A stretch of DNA of 64,000 nt from positions 1 to 64,000 of IMG/VR virus record IMGVR_UViG_3300045996_001458. The stretch is one strand, 5' to 3'. Positions 34,227 through 43,247 of this stretch are shown piece after piece. Position 1 is the stretch's first letter. Every line of letters begins with the position of its first letter. Origin of the DNA: a virus. Under the pieces are notes generated by a model. It was not told the origin of the DNA. It saw nothing but the letters and a program-made list of their open reading frames with translations, and did no database searches. The position numbers and the translations under genes are program-made.

Positions 34227-34702
34227 TGGTCGTCCCCCTCGGTGACATGGCTGTCCTGGGCGCGGTGCATGTAGCTCTGCAATTCGCGGGGCAGGTGCCG
34301 CCACCACAGGCGATGTGGCGAGTGCGCCGGACCGTCGGTGTGGCCGATGGAGGTAGCGGCGTAGGTCCACCCGAACGTCTCGCCGCACCCGCACGACACC
34401 GCGACCGTCGCGTCCCTGCCCCTCCCGCCGGGCCTGCCATCGGTGCGCGGCGGGTGGGCGTCGAACACGTCACGGTGGCCGGGGCATAGGTGCAGGGCGA
34501 ACGAGCCCGTGCACCGCTCCGAGTAGGTCAAGCCGGTGCGTCCGCGGCGTGCCGGGTAAGGGCTGGACCGGTACGGCTCGATGTGGTCGGACGAGTCCAG
34601 CCGACGCCACCCTGTCGGCAGGATGATCGCGTCGTCGCGCAACTCGGCGTGGTCGCAGCGGAGCGCATCGCAGAGGAAACGGTAGACGGACTGGACGGTC
34701 AC
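34223..34702 (-). CDS. Cys/His-rich hypothetical protein (paralog B)
   Basis: Similar to 13497-13952 along its length. Confidence 0.7.
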   Translation of the reverse strand: MTVQSVYRFLCDALRCDHAELRDDAIILPTGWRRLDSSDHIEPYRSSPYPARRGRTGLTYSERCTGSFALHLCPGHRDVFDAHPPRTDGRPGGRGRDATVAVSCGCGETFGWTYAATSIGHTDGPAHSPHRLWWRHLPRELQSYMHRAQDSHVTEGDDQ

Positions 34703-35478
34703 CCCGTCACCCCCGGCCCAGAACCCGCGACGGCGAGAGTGACCCCGAGGTCGGCCAGCACGTGGCGTGCCATCTCTCGCAGCCGGTCGCGGTCCTCGTC
34801 CTCCAGCCACGTGTTCCAGCGCTTCTCCTGCCGCTCCGGGCTGGCCGCGCCGTCGCCGTACGGCGGCTCACCCTGGCGTCGGCCGTTCATGCGGAACAGC
34901 CAGCGCGCCAGCCGCTCCGCCGCGTCGTCGGGGATGGTGCGGGCACCGGCAGAGCGGGCACGTCGGGCGCTCGCGTGCAGTTCCTCGCACTCGGCGCGGA
35001 GGATGTTCATCGAGTGGAGGTGACGGTCGATCATCTCGCTGGCGGCTGCCCGACCTGCGGACACGCGTCTGGCCAGCCCCCGCGCCACCGACGACCACGC
35101 CTCCCGCTCGGCACGAACGGCGTTCAGGCTGGCGATCGTCTCGTCGTGGGTGCGGGCCTCGCCACGGTGCAAGTCGGCGAGCTTGTCCCGCTCGCGGCGG
35201 GCCCGGTCGAGGTCGGCGCGCAACCCCGCGATCCGCTCGTCGCGCTCCGCCTTGGCGTCGGCCAGCATCAGCACGAACGCCTCGTGCCGAGAGGTGATCT
35301 CCCGCTCGATCGCGGGCACGACGTCTTCGAACACTCGCAAGACGGACAGCGCGTCGTCGTCATCCACCAGGTCGGCCGCGATCAGCCGTCGCTCGAAGTC
35401 GCCGCCGATCGTGCGGCGGAGGTAGGCGCGCAGTGCTTCGGTGTCGGGGGCGGGCGACACGGGCTCGGGGGTGGTCAC
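34699..35478 (-). CDS. coiled-coil hypothetical protein
   Basis: Heptad-rich centre; GAGGAG RBS. Confidence 0.6.
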   Translation of the reverse strand: MTTPEPVSPAPDTEALRAYLRRTIGGDFERRLIAADLVDDDDALSVLRVFEDVVPAIEREITSRHEAFVLMLADAKAERDERIAGLRADLDRARRERDKLADLHRGEARTHDETIASLNAVRAEREAWSSVARGLARRVSAGRAAASEMIDRHLHSMNILRAECEELHASARRARSAGARTIPDDAAERLARWLFRMNGRRQGEPPYGDGAASPERQEKRWNTWLEDEDRDRLREMARHVLADLGVTLAVAGSGPGVTG

Positions 35479-35789
35479 GATGCACGCTCCTCGGAGTAGG
35501 TGGGCTCGATCCACAGGTGCACCGCCACGTCGGCGGTGAACGCGCGCTCCATCTCGCGGCGGGTCTGCTCGCCCACGTAGTCGCCCTGCATCGCGCACGC
35601 CACCACCACGTCGGCCGCGTCGATGAGCTGGTACCAACGGTCCACGTGCAACTCGAACGCCACATCGTCGTCCCGCACCGGCTTGTGCACGGTGTAGCCC
35701 TCGGCGAGGTAGTGCCGTTCGGCGGCGTTCAGGGCGTCCACGGCGCGGGTGACCGAGCCGCACAGCACGGCGGTCTTCTGCTCGGTCAT
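35475..35789 (-). CDS. nucleoside 2-deoxyribosyltransferase-like (DUF4406-type) protein
   Basis: LCGS...G..V..P...IDAAD.V...YVGEQTRREM..A. Confidence 0.55.
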   Translation of the reverse strand: MTEQKTAVLCGSVTRAVDALNAAERHYLAEGYTVHKPVRDDDVAFELHVDRWYQLIDAADVVVACAMQGDYVGEQTRREMERAFTADVAVHLWIEPTYSEERAS

Positions 35790-36106
35790 CCCTGATCCCT
35801 GTAGGCGTCGTTGGTGGGCTCGACCCACAGCAGGCCGTTACGGGCGGCGCTGCCGGTCTCGCGGACTTGGTGAATGCGCACCGGCACGGCGGGCTTGCCC
35901 TGCCGGTCGAACTTCGCCTGGATCGTCAGCAGCCCGTTCGGGCGGTGCAGCGACGAGGTGGCGAACGCCTGCTTCATGGCGCGCTCGGCGATGAACACGG
36001 CGTCCGCGAAGTCCACCGCGCGCACGCCGGTGAACACCGTGACGGCCACGCGGTGCTCGACCAGCTCGCCGCCGCTGCCCGTGGGGTCCGGGGTGGAGGG
36101 GATCAC
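35786..36106 (-). CDS. hypothetical phage protein
   Basis: GGAGG RBS. Confidence 0.55.
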   Translation of the reverse strand: MIPSTPDPTGSGGELVEHRVAVTVFTGVRAVDFADAVFIAERAMKQAFATSSLHRPNGLLTIQAKFDRQGKPAVPVRIHQVRETGSAARNGLLWVEPTNDAYRDQG

Positions 36107-36471
36107 AGGGACACCTCCGTGGCGTCCGGCGCGATCGGGGACAGCGGCTCGCCAGCCGTGATCTGCTGCCGCCACTCGTAGGCCAGTTCGCCTGCGTACG
36201 AGTCGGTGAAGATGCCGTCCGGTCCCAACGCCCACGGCACCAGGCGGTCGGCAAGTTCCGGGTCGAGGCGGCGCAGGTTCTCCAGCAGGATGACGATGGT
36301 CGTGTGGTGGATGAACCACGCCTGACTCATCGACCGGGTCTGCTTTGACAGGTCGAGGTCCAGCATCGCCGCAAAGTTGGCCTGCGCGCGACCAAGGGCG
36401 TCGTCGATGAACGCGGCGGACGTTGTGCCGGCGTCTGTCGGCGTTGCCGCCGAGGGGATGGGGGTGGACAT
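36103..36471 (-). CDS. hypothetical protein (paralog of 26067-26399)
   Basis: DPELADRL.PW...WRQQITAG.PL. Confidence 0.65.
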   Translation of the reverse strand: MSTPIPSAATPTDAGTTSAAFIDDALGRAQANFAAMLDLDLSKQTRSMSQAWFIHHTTIVILLENLRRLDPELADRLVPWALGPDGIFTDSYAGELAYEWRQQITAGEPLSPIAPDATEVSL

Positions 36472-36498
36472 GGGGGTCTCCTCAGGTCTGGTGGTCGG

Positions 36499-36572
36499 TG
36501 CCCCCGCCGGGGTTCGAACCCGGACGGGTCCGCTTTTAAGGCGGCTGCCTCTGCCGGTTGGGCTACGGGGGC
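36499..36572 (-). tRNA. tRNA-Leu(TAA), short variable arm
   Basis: GCCCCCG TA GCC...GGC A GCCGC-CTTAAAA-GCGGA CCCGT CCGGG-TTCGAAC-CCCGG CGGGGGC A. Confidence 0.9.
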
Positions 36573-36994
36573 GTTGGACGAACGAGCGGATTCGGTGGCG
36601 CGTCCGGACAGCCGACCGGGACACGCCCGGAGGGGATGCCGTAGTGGCGGCGTGCGGCGCACCAGTGCAGGCCGAACGCGTCCACGCCGCCGTCGACGTG
36701 GGCGAGGGCCGCGATCCCGGCGACAAGGACGTTGAACACCTCCCCGGTCTCGCCGGGCCGGTGCCCTCCGTGCTGGAGGATGTCGCCGTACTGACCGAGC
36801 ACGGTGGCGGCGCGGGACGTGGTGGGCGGCCCGATGACGGCGACCGCGGACATCACCTGCTCCCGCACCCCGGCGGTGTCGTCGATCCGCCCGCCGTCGG
36901 GATCGGTGAGCATGCGCAGCATCACCGCCGCCTGCAAGGCGGTGACGAGGTGCCCGGACCGGGCGGCGGGGCTCATAGAGGTCGGGTCGGTCAT
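36563..36994 (-). CDS. hypothetical phage protein
   Basis: GDILQHGG...VFN.L..GIA.LA...GGV..FG.HW. Confidence 0.6.
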   Translation of the reverse strand: MTDPTSMSPAARSGHLVTALQAAVMLRMLTDPDGGRIDDTAGVREQVMSAVAVIGPPTTSRAATVLGQYGDILQHGGHRPGETGEVFNVLVAGIAALAHVDGGVDAFGLHWCAARRHYGIPSGRVPVGCPDAPPNPLVRPTPP

Positions 36995-37668
36995 GCCGCC
37001 GGCTCTTCGTCGTCGTACCGGAAGACCCGCTTGTCCAGCCGGTACCTACCCGATGGCTTCTCGCCCTCGTGCCACAACTCCCGGAACCGGCCACGGGCGC
37101 GGGCGAGAAGCGATTTGAGCGTGCTCATCTCGATGTCCAAGGCGGCGGCGGTCGCCCGGTAGTCGTCCAACGCTCCCAGGGCTGCGAGCGCTTGCACTTG
37201 CCGGTCTGTGAGTTCGTCGAGGATCTGTCGCAGGGCGATGCGGTCGACCACCGCGGACTCACACGATGAAGTGGTGCGGCACCACCCCGCCCAGTAGCGG
37301 GCGAACGCCGGCGACGATCCGGGACCAGCAGCACCACCGATGGTCTTGGCCTTGTAGTAGCCGTGATGGTGGTAGTGGTCGCTGACCACCGCGTAGATGC
37401 CCAATTGCCCGGCGCGGACCAGGTCGTGGCGTGGCGGGGCGGTCTCACTGGCACAGAGGTGCTCGGCGATGGCGGAGTAGGCGATGTCGTAGCGCTCGTG
37501 CCAGTCCATGCCCATCGGGCCGACGGTGTGCACGGCGAGACGCGCGATGCCGTGAAGATCGCGGAGGCTGTAGCCCCAGGGTAGTTCGGAGCCGGCCGCG
37601 AACCGGTCGGCACGGACCGGGGTCGCGAACGTCGGTTCGCGCTCGGGGTAGTAGGTGCGGGCAACCAT
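36991..37668 (-). CDS. sigma-factor-like / LuxR-type HTH protein
   Basis: LTDRQVQAL...DYRATAAALDIEMSTLKSLLARAR. Confidence 0.65.
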   Translation of the reverse strand: MVARTYYPEREPTFATPVRADRFAAGSELPWGYSLRDLHGIARLAVHTVGPMGMDWHERYDIAYSAIAEHLCASETAPPRHDLVRAGQLGIYAVVSDHYHHHGYYKAKTIGGAAGPGSSPAFARYWAGWCRTTSSCESAVVDRIALRQILDELTDRQVQALAALGALDDYRATAAALDIEMSTLKSLLARARGRFRELWHEGEKPSGRYRLDKRVFRYDDEEPAA

Positions 37669-37678
37669 GGGGGTCTCC

Positions 37679-39127
37679 TCAGGCCGCGGCGGCGGCAGAC
37701 AGGTGGGCGAGCAGGTAGGCGATCGCGGCGGCACCCTGCTGCCAGACGACGCCGTTGCCCAAGATCGTGAGCATCTGGTTTCGGGACAGGCCCGGGACAC
37801 CGGTGACGTGGCCGGCATCCAAGCCCATCAACCACTGGACGAACGCTGGGTTCAGGACCGGGTTGCCTTTGGCGCTGGTGATGGTCGGCCAAGGGGCGGG
37901 GCGCCCGAGGATGGCCGCCCACCGGTCGACAGCGGGGCCGTAGTCACCCCAGTCGAGTCCGACGGCGGGGCGCTCGTCGAAGACTCCGGGGACAGCAGGT
38001 AGTAGCCCAGAACTTCCGGCAAGGTGCTGAACCCATCCCTGACGTGCTGCATCGCCGAGGGCGCCGTCATGGAGTTGTTCCCGTCGGTCGTTCTCGGTGT
38101 CGGCAGCAGGCTCACCGTGGTCCGCAGGTCCGGTGCTCCCGTCCCGTGCGGTCCCGGCCCGTTCGCGTCCGAGGCTGTCGGGGTGGGCAGCAGTGCCCCG
38201 TGCAGGCAGGTCGCGTCGCCGCGCTGGTTCGCGCCCTTCCCGTCCCGCGCCGTCGGCGTCGGAAGCAGGGTTTGCACCGCCGACGGCAACATCAAGTCCC
38301 CGGACGAGCCGCGCTGGTTCGGCCCGCCCTTCGTCCCGTCCGTTGCCCGCGGGGTTGGGAGCAACCCCGCGGGCAACGGACGGGACGGCAATGACGAAGA
38401 CGCGGAATCGTCCGTGAGGGGCGCCCACGTCGGCTGCCCGTAGGCCGCACCAGCGTGCGTCATACCCGAGGCGGGCCAGGTCCCCGAGAACGGTTCCGAT
38501 GGCTCGAACAATGAGGGCGTCCGCCCGCTGTGCGGCGGAAGCTGCCCGGCGTCGTCGTCCCACGTAGCGAAGGCGCGCGGCTTGGACACGGTGCAGAAGC
38601 TCCTTGTTTCCGGATCGGGCGGCACGGGCTTGGGCACGCGCGAGGTAGGCGAGCCCCTGGTCGCACTGGTCGCGGTCTTCCCAGGCGGCGACCAGGTCCG
38701 CGGTGGGCGGGGCGCCGCGGGCGGTGAGCAGACCGCGGACGTTCTCGATGACGACCAAGCGCGGCCGGAGAGCGCCGATGGCGCGGCCCATCTGCCCCCA
38801 CAGGCCCGAGCGGGTGCCCTCGTACAGGCCGTCTTGCTTGCCGGCGGCGGACACGTCAGTGCACGGGAACCCGCCGGTGAGCACGTCCACCGGTTCGACC
38901 TGTGACCAGTCCACGTGCGACACGTCGCCGAGATTGGGGACGTCGGGGTGGTGGTGGGCCAGCACGGCGCAGGCACCGGGGTCGATGTCGGACACCCACG
39001 CCAGTTCACCGCCGAGCACTTGGCGCACGGCCATGTCGAGCCCGCCGTAGCCGCTGAAGAGTGAGCCGACGCGGAGCCCGTGCGGGTGTGGTGCCCCGGG
39101 TAGCGGCGGGTACGGGGGCGGGGTCAT
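37679..39127 (-). CDS. DNA (cytosine-5)-methyltransferase
   Basis: Motif I SLFSGYGG, IV GGFPC, VI IENV, VIII PHGRFRVF, X LGNGVV. Confidence 0.93.
   Translation of the reverse strand: MTPPPYPPLPGAPHPHGLRVGSLFSGYGGLDMAVRQVLGGELAWVSDIDPGACAVLAHHHPDVPNLGDVSHVDWSQVEPVDVLTGGFPCTDVSAAGKQDGLYEGTRSGLWGQMGRAIGALRPRLVVIENVRGLLTARGAPPTADLVAAWEDRDQCDQGLAYLARAQARAARSGNKELLHRVQAARLRYVGRRRRAASAAQRADALIVRAIGTVLGDLARLGYDARWCGLRAADVGAPHGRFRVFVIAVPSVARGVAPNPAGNGRDEGRAEPARLVRGLDVAVGGANPASDADGAGREGREPARRRDLPARGTAAHPDSLGRERAGTARDGSTGPADHGEPAADTENDRREQLHDGALGDAARQGWVQHLAGSSGLLPAVPGVFDERPAVGLDWGDYGPAVDRWAAILGRPAPWPTITSAKGNPVLNPAFVQWLMGLDAGHVTGVPGLSRNQMLTILGNGVVWQQGAAAIAYLLAHLSAAAAA
37852..38589 (-). CDS. overprinted ORF with four LLPTP repeats (putative second MTase subunit/TRD)
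   Basis: Alternative frame inside MTase; AAGGAG RBS before GTG 38589; SLFE.SE.FS.TWPASGM and LLPTP.(A/T).D repeats. Confidence 0.7.
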   Translation of the reverse strand: MSKPRAFATWDDDAGQLPPHSGRTPSLFEPSEPFSGTWPASGMTHAGAAYGQPTWAPLTDDSASSSLPSRPLPAGLLPTPRATDGTKGGPNQRGSSGDLMLPSAVQTLLPTPTARDGKGANQRGDATCLHGALLPTPTASDANGPGPHGTGAPDLRTTVSLLPTPRTTDGNNSMTAPSAMQHVRDGFSTLPEVLGYYLLSPESSTSAPPSDSTGVTTAPLSTGGRPSSGAPPLGRPSPAPKATRS

Positions 39128-39321
39128 GCCGGGTCCTCCGGGGTGACGACCTCGGACGACTCGTCGTGCCCGTCGGGGCAGATGTCCTTGCCCTGGAGGC
39201 GCTTCCAACCGTGCCCTCTGGCCTCACGGCGGATGTCCGGGGCGAGGGCGAGCGGGTCTCCGCCGTCGTACCAGTTGGCGCAGCTGTCGCAGAACAGGGC
39301 GCGCGTGACGACGATGCTCAT
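39124..39321 (-). CDS. small zinc-finger protein
   Basis: CDSC...GW...DICP. Confidence 0.55.
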   Translation of the reverse strand: MSIVVTRALFCDSCANWYDGGDPLALAPDIRREARGHGWKRLQGKDICPDGHDESSEVVTPEDPA

Positions 39322-39635
39322 TGGACACCACCGCGGGGTGCGGGGGTGGGCTCGGACCGGTCCCCACCCGACACACCGAACCGCAGATCGCGCGCAGCTT
39401 CGGCGTACTCGTCGATCCGAACCGAGTGCTCCGCCCACGTGTTGGTCGTCTCTTCGCGGGAGGCGAGCTCGCGGCCGTGAAGTTCGCGGCTGGTCAACTC
39501 CTCCAGCACCACGGAAGTGATCTGCGCTGCCAACGCGTCGATGTCGTCGTCGGCGAGCGTGACCTTGCGGTCGGTGGCGACCTTGGCCACCTCGTAGGCT
39601 GCCGCGTTCTTCAGGTTGTCGCCGAGTTGGCTCAT
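39318..39635 (-). CDS. hypothetical phage protein
   Basis: ATGA overlap. Confidence 0.55.
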   Translation of the reverse strand: MSQLGDNLKNAAAYEVAKVATDRKVTLADDDIDALAAQITSVVLEELTSRELHGRELASREETTNTWAEHSVRIDEYAEAARDLRFGVSGGDRSEPTPAPRGGVQ

Positions 39636-40237
39636 CCCTGCTCACCTCGCAGGGAGGCGGTGTACTCGGCATCCCGACGGCGCATCTCGTCCAGCTCGTT
39701 GACGTACCTCCGCACCTGCTCCAGCAGGTGGTTCCAGATGGTGTCCAGCGGCCGGTCCGGCATCGGGTCGCCGGGGTAGACGGCCTGGAGCAGGTCGCGG
39801 ACGCACTCGTCGGCCTGGGTGGTGTCCAGGACCGGGAGGGCGGCGGCCGTGCCCGGTGGCGTCAGGCCGTTGGCCGCCAGGTAGGTGCGGATGATCTCGG
39901 GCAGAGAGCCCTCGTGCACGAAGAGCATGTGCGGGTGGTTGTACTCGTCGGGGTCGTCGCAGATGGACTCGCCGGTGACGATCCAGGGCCGAAGCCAGAT
40001 CTCCTGTTCCTCGCCCGGCGGGACGCGGCGGACCTCGGACACGAGCGGGGTGATGGTGCGGATGCCGACTAGGGGCATCTCAACCCGGACACGGGGGCCG
40101 GGGTCGTTCGGGTACATGAGGCTCGGCGGTTCGACCACGACGCCGTAGTCGTCGTCGCGGGACTGGCTGTCGAGTTGGACTCGGTCGCCGACCTTCAGTT
40201 CGGTCACGGCGTCGTCGGTGATGTGAGAGTGGTCCAC
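39632..40237 (-). CDS. hypothetical phage protein
   Basis: SH3-like LKVGDRV N-terminus. Confidence 0.6.
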   Translation of the reverse strand: MDHSHITDDAVTELKVGDRVQLDSQSRDDDYGVVVEPPSLMYPNDPGPRVRVEMPLVGIRTITPLVSEVRRVPPGEEQEIWLRPWIVTGESICDDPDEYNHPHMLFVHEGSLPEIIRTYLAANGLTPPGTAAALPVLDTTQADECVRDLLQAVYPGDPMPDRPLDTIWNHLLEQVRRYVNELDEMRRRDAEYTASLRGEQG

Positions 40238-40384
40238 GGTCAGAGCCGCCTTCCGGTGTCGAGGTCGTGCGTCTGCGGGGTCCATGGCCCCACGCCCCGG
40301 TAGCGGCACAGCAGGACGTAGGCGGCTGCCGCGCTGACGGGTTCCGACGTCTCGGCGTCCGGAGAGATCAGGTCGGTCATCGGC

Positions 40385-41266
40385 TCAGCCCTTCGGGGTG
40401 GAGTCGGGAGTGGTGTAGCCGTTGCCCTTGCAGTGGGAGCAGGCCACGACGTTCATGTCCCGCACCTGCTCCACGAGGTCGGTGACGATCCGGTCCAACT
40501 CGGCTACGGCAGCGGCCTTGGACTCGGCGTAGATCGCACGCGGCGGCCGGAGTTCGAGCCGCTTGTCCACGTGCGTGGAGACGATCTTCTCCTTGCCGCG
40601 CAGCTTCTTCCCGCTAGTCCCGTACCGGTCGCGCCACCACGTCTGCGGCTCGTCCCACGGCAGCGACAGGTGGACGGCGATCTCGGTGCCGTTGGTGTAG
40701 ACGTTCTTCACATGCGGCAGCGGACGCAACGCCTCGGCGACGTACTCCCACACGTTGTGGAGCTGACCGGGGCGCAGGTGTCCGAACGGTGCGAACAACT
40801 CGTGGCTGACGCCGTTGTACCAGCGGTACTCGGTGTGCTCGTCAAGCCCACCGCCGGTCAGGACTTGGTGGTTGCTGAAGTCGGCGGTGTGCTGCTCGCC
40901 CGGCAGGTCTTCGGCGACCCTGCGGTACAGCCGCCACGCAAGGTCTTCGTCTTCCGCGGCGAGCACGGCGTGCCGCTCGGGAGTGATGCTTGCCGGAAAC
41001 TTCTCCGACGCGGTGGCCGGGTCGGCGAGTTCGTAGCCGAGCGTGCGCGACACCGGTCGGCCCGTCCACGTGACGGTGGTCAGCTTGTGGTCCGCGGCGA
41101 TCAGCTTGCGGGCGGTGTCGATGGTGACGCGGCCGGGCTGGTCGGAGGTGAGGGTGGTGACGAGGCTCGTGTAGGTGGTCGGGATGTCGCCGAGCGGGTA
41201 GTACCAGCGGGGACCGGCGGGGGTGTCCTCGTGGACGCACCAGCGCGGGAGGAGGTCGTCGTTCAC
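40385..41266 (-). CDS. hypothetical protein with C-terminal CxxCxGxG
   Basis: GGAGG RBS; CSHCKGNG. Confidence 0.7.
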   Translation of the reverse strand: MNDDLLPRWCVHEDTPAGPRWYYPLGDIPTTYTSLVTTLTSDQPGRVTIDTARKLIAADHKLTTVTWTGRPVSRTLGYELADPATASEKFPASITPERHAVLAAEDEDLAWRLYRRVAEDLPGEQHTADFSNHQVLTGGGLDEHTEYRWYNGVSHELFAPFGHLRPGQLHNVWEYVAEALRPLPHVKNVYTNGTEIAVHLSLPWDEPQTWWRDRYGTSGKKLRGKEKIVSTHVDKRLELRPPRAIYAESKAAAVAELDRIVTDLVEQVRDMNVVACSHCKGNGYTTPDSTPKG

Positions 41267-41613
41267 CGGCCCGCCTCCGTGGTGGTCTTCCCCTCAACCA
41301 GGGAGGAGGGGGCGGAGTCACGCTTCCGGTAGCGGGTCACGGTCTTCTCGTACGGCTCCACCACGTAAGCCGTGGCGTCCGGCTGGGGCTCTTGCTTCTC
41401 TGTCGCGCCCACCTCGGCCTCGATCGCCGCGAACGTCCCGTCGGGGAGGCTGTAGACGTTGGCCTCGCGGTAGCCCCAGCGGTTCTTCTTGACGATCCAG
41501 GTGTGGACCTGGAGGAATCCGCCGTCGAACAGGTCGTAGAGGTACTCGCCGGGGTCGACGTCAGGCATGGACGCGGTGATCGCGTCGACCAGCCGCACGG
41601 CGTCGGTGCTCAC
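41263..41613 (-). CDS. hypothetical phage protein
   Basis: RW...GATEKQE...VEPYEKTVTRY. Confidence 0.65.
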   Translation of the reverse strand: MSTDAVRLVDAITASMPDVDPGEYLYDLFDGGFLQVHTWIVKKNRWGYREANVYSLPDGTFAAIEAEVGATEKQEPQPDATAYVVEPYEKTVTRYRKRDSAPSSLVEGKTTTEAGR

Positions 41614-41849
41614 TTCTCGGTCCCTTCGGGGCAGTCGTCGGTACGGGGGGACAACTCGCTGGCGAACTCGACGAAGGTGCCGTAGCGCTCGAAGACGGCG
41701 ACGTCCACGACGTTCCCCGACACGCGGGCAACCGTGGCCTTCTGTTTGCGGCCGAAGAGGTTGGTCCACCACACGAGGTCCCCGGGCTTGTACGGGTCGC
41801 CCTCCGGGCTCTGGTCGCCCACAAGGGCGATCTGACGAGGGTTAGTCAT
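41610..41849 (-). CDS. hypothetical phage protein
   Basis: YKPGDLVW SH3-like. Confidence 0.55.
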   Translation of the reverse strand: MTNPRQIALVGDQSPEGDPYKPGDLVWWTNLFGRKQKATVARVSGNVVDVAVFERYGTFVEFASELSPRTDDCPEGTEK

Positions 41850-42354
41850 CGGCCCCGCCACCCTCGGTGTCGGAGGAGACCGCGAGCAGCGGCTTGCAGA
41901 TCCACTCGACGTCCTCGACGACCCGGGTCACGGTGGTGGTGGGGACGGCGGCCAGAGCGACCGGGTCCGGGATCTCCTCGGCCACCTCGCGGGTGCCGGT
42001 GACGACCCGCTCACACACCTCGCCTCGGCTCGCGAGGGCGGCGAACCCGACGGGGCCGTGCTTCAGAAGCACCTTGTAGACGTCGCCGAACGCGTCCTTC
42101 ATGACCTCGAAGCCGTGCGCCAGCGCGGCACGGGCGATGGCTGCCATGGCGGCCTTGTCCTGCACGTAGAACACGTTCGAGGCGTCGAGGTAACCGGCGT
42201 GGTCGGCCAGTTCCGGGTTGGCCTCGATCATGTCGGCCAGGGCGCGGAGTCCGGCGGCCTGCCGATGGGCGAGGGTCGGCTGGGTCGCAGAGGCTGCGGT
42301 CACTTCGGGCTCCAGTTCTCGGGCGGTGGTCAGGTCGGTGCCGGTCACGGTCAT
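41842..42354 (-). CDS. conserved phage hypothetical protein
   Basis: AAGLRALADMIEANP; R.EVCERVVTGT; VEW.CKPLLA. Confidence 0.7.
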   Translation of the reverse strand: MTVTGTDLTTARELEPEVTAASATQPTLAHRQAAGLRALADMIEANPELADHAGYLDASNVFYVQDKAAMAAIARAALAHGFEVMKDAFGDVYKVLLKHGPVGFAALASRGEVCERVVTGTREVAEEIPDPVALAAVPTTTVTRVVEDVEWICKPLLAVSSDTEGGGADD

Positions 42355-42517
42355 CCCCTCTTCTCGCAGGCGTCGTCATCCGGGGAGCACGGCCAGCACG
42401 GGTCGTCCTCCTGGCAGGGCGTCACGTGTTCGGTGACGGTGACCTCTGCGGGAGGGGTGGTGTCCTCGCATCCGGAGAGGAGGAGGACCGCGGCGAAGAC
42501 TGCGGAGAGGGGGGCCC

Positions 42518-42733
42518 TCACTTCGCCACTTCCTTGGCAACCTCACCGATGACGTGCCCGACGATCAGGCGGAGCATCAACACGAACGAGATGACCAGCG
42601 ACGCCTCGTACGACATCGTCGGGAGGAACTGCCACCACTCGTGGTGCAGCACGCCGACGGTGAGCATGAGCATCCACGCGCCGAGGAACACGGAGGCGGC
42701 GAGGATGGCGATCCCTGCGATGAACTTGCTCAC
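42518..42733 (-). CDS. small membrane protein
   Basis: GAWMLMLTVGVLHHEWW..PTMSY. Confidence 0.6.
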   Translation of the reverse strand: MSKFIAGIAILAASVFLGAWMLMLTVGVLHHEWWQFLPTMSYEASLVISFVLMLRLIVGHVIGEVAKEVAK

Positions 42734-42954
42734 GACTGGCCTCCGGTGAACCGACTGTTGGCGATGGCCCTCAGGTCGCCGTACGTCAACCCGGTGCGCT
42801 CGTTGGGCGAGTAGGCGTTCGAGGTGGCGGTGATGGCGTACTCGTCGTCGGGCTGGTCGGGGAACAGTTCGAGCACGTGCCCGAGCCGCGCCCACGGGTC
42901 GTCGCCGGGGTGCGGGTGGTGGGCGGCGAAGTCCTGACGTTCGCGGTCGTTCAT
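42730..42954 (-). CDS. hypothetical phage protein
   Basis: AT...Y...TGLTYGDLRA. Confidence 0.6.
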   Translation of the reverse strand: MNDRERQDFAAHHPHPGDDPWARLGHVLELFPDQPDDEYAITATSNAYSPNERTGLTYGDLRAIANSRFTGGQS

Positions 42955-43247
42955 GCCGCACTCCCTGTCGGGTGCTCGGAGTTCCAGTCGGACAGGCGGT
43001 CCACACCGGAGTCTGGGGTGAGGTGGACGGGGTTGCCGTCGGGGTTGGCGTGCCCGGTCCAGCCGATGAGGTGCGCGTGGTACAGCACCGTGAAGTGGGT
43101 CTCGATCTCCGGCGCCATGTACGCGTGGTCGACGTAGGCCCAACCCCTGGGGGGCGGTGCGTCGCCGGAGTGGTGCAGCACCTGGCCTTCGCCGACGGAC
43201 CAGAGTGCGTCGTGGAGGTCCCGGTCGTAGTGGACATCGGTCATCAT
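42951..43247 (-). CDS. hypothetical phage protein
   Basis: Operon context. Confidence 0.55.
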   Translation of the reverse strand: MMTDVHYDRDLHDALWSVGEGQVLHHSGDAPPPRGWAYVDHAYMAPEIETHFTVLYHAHLIGWTGHANPDGNPVHLTPDSGVDRLSDWNSEHPTGSAA

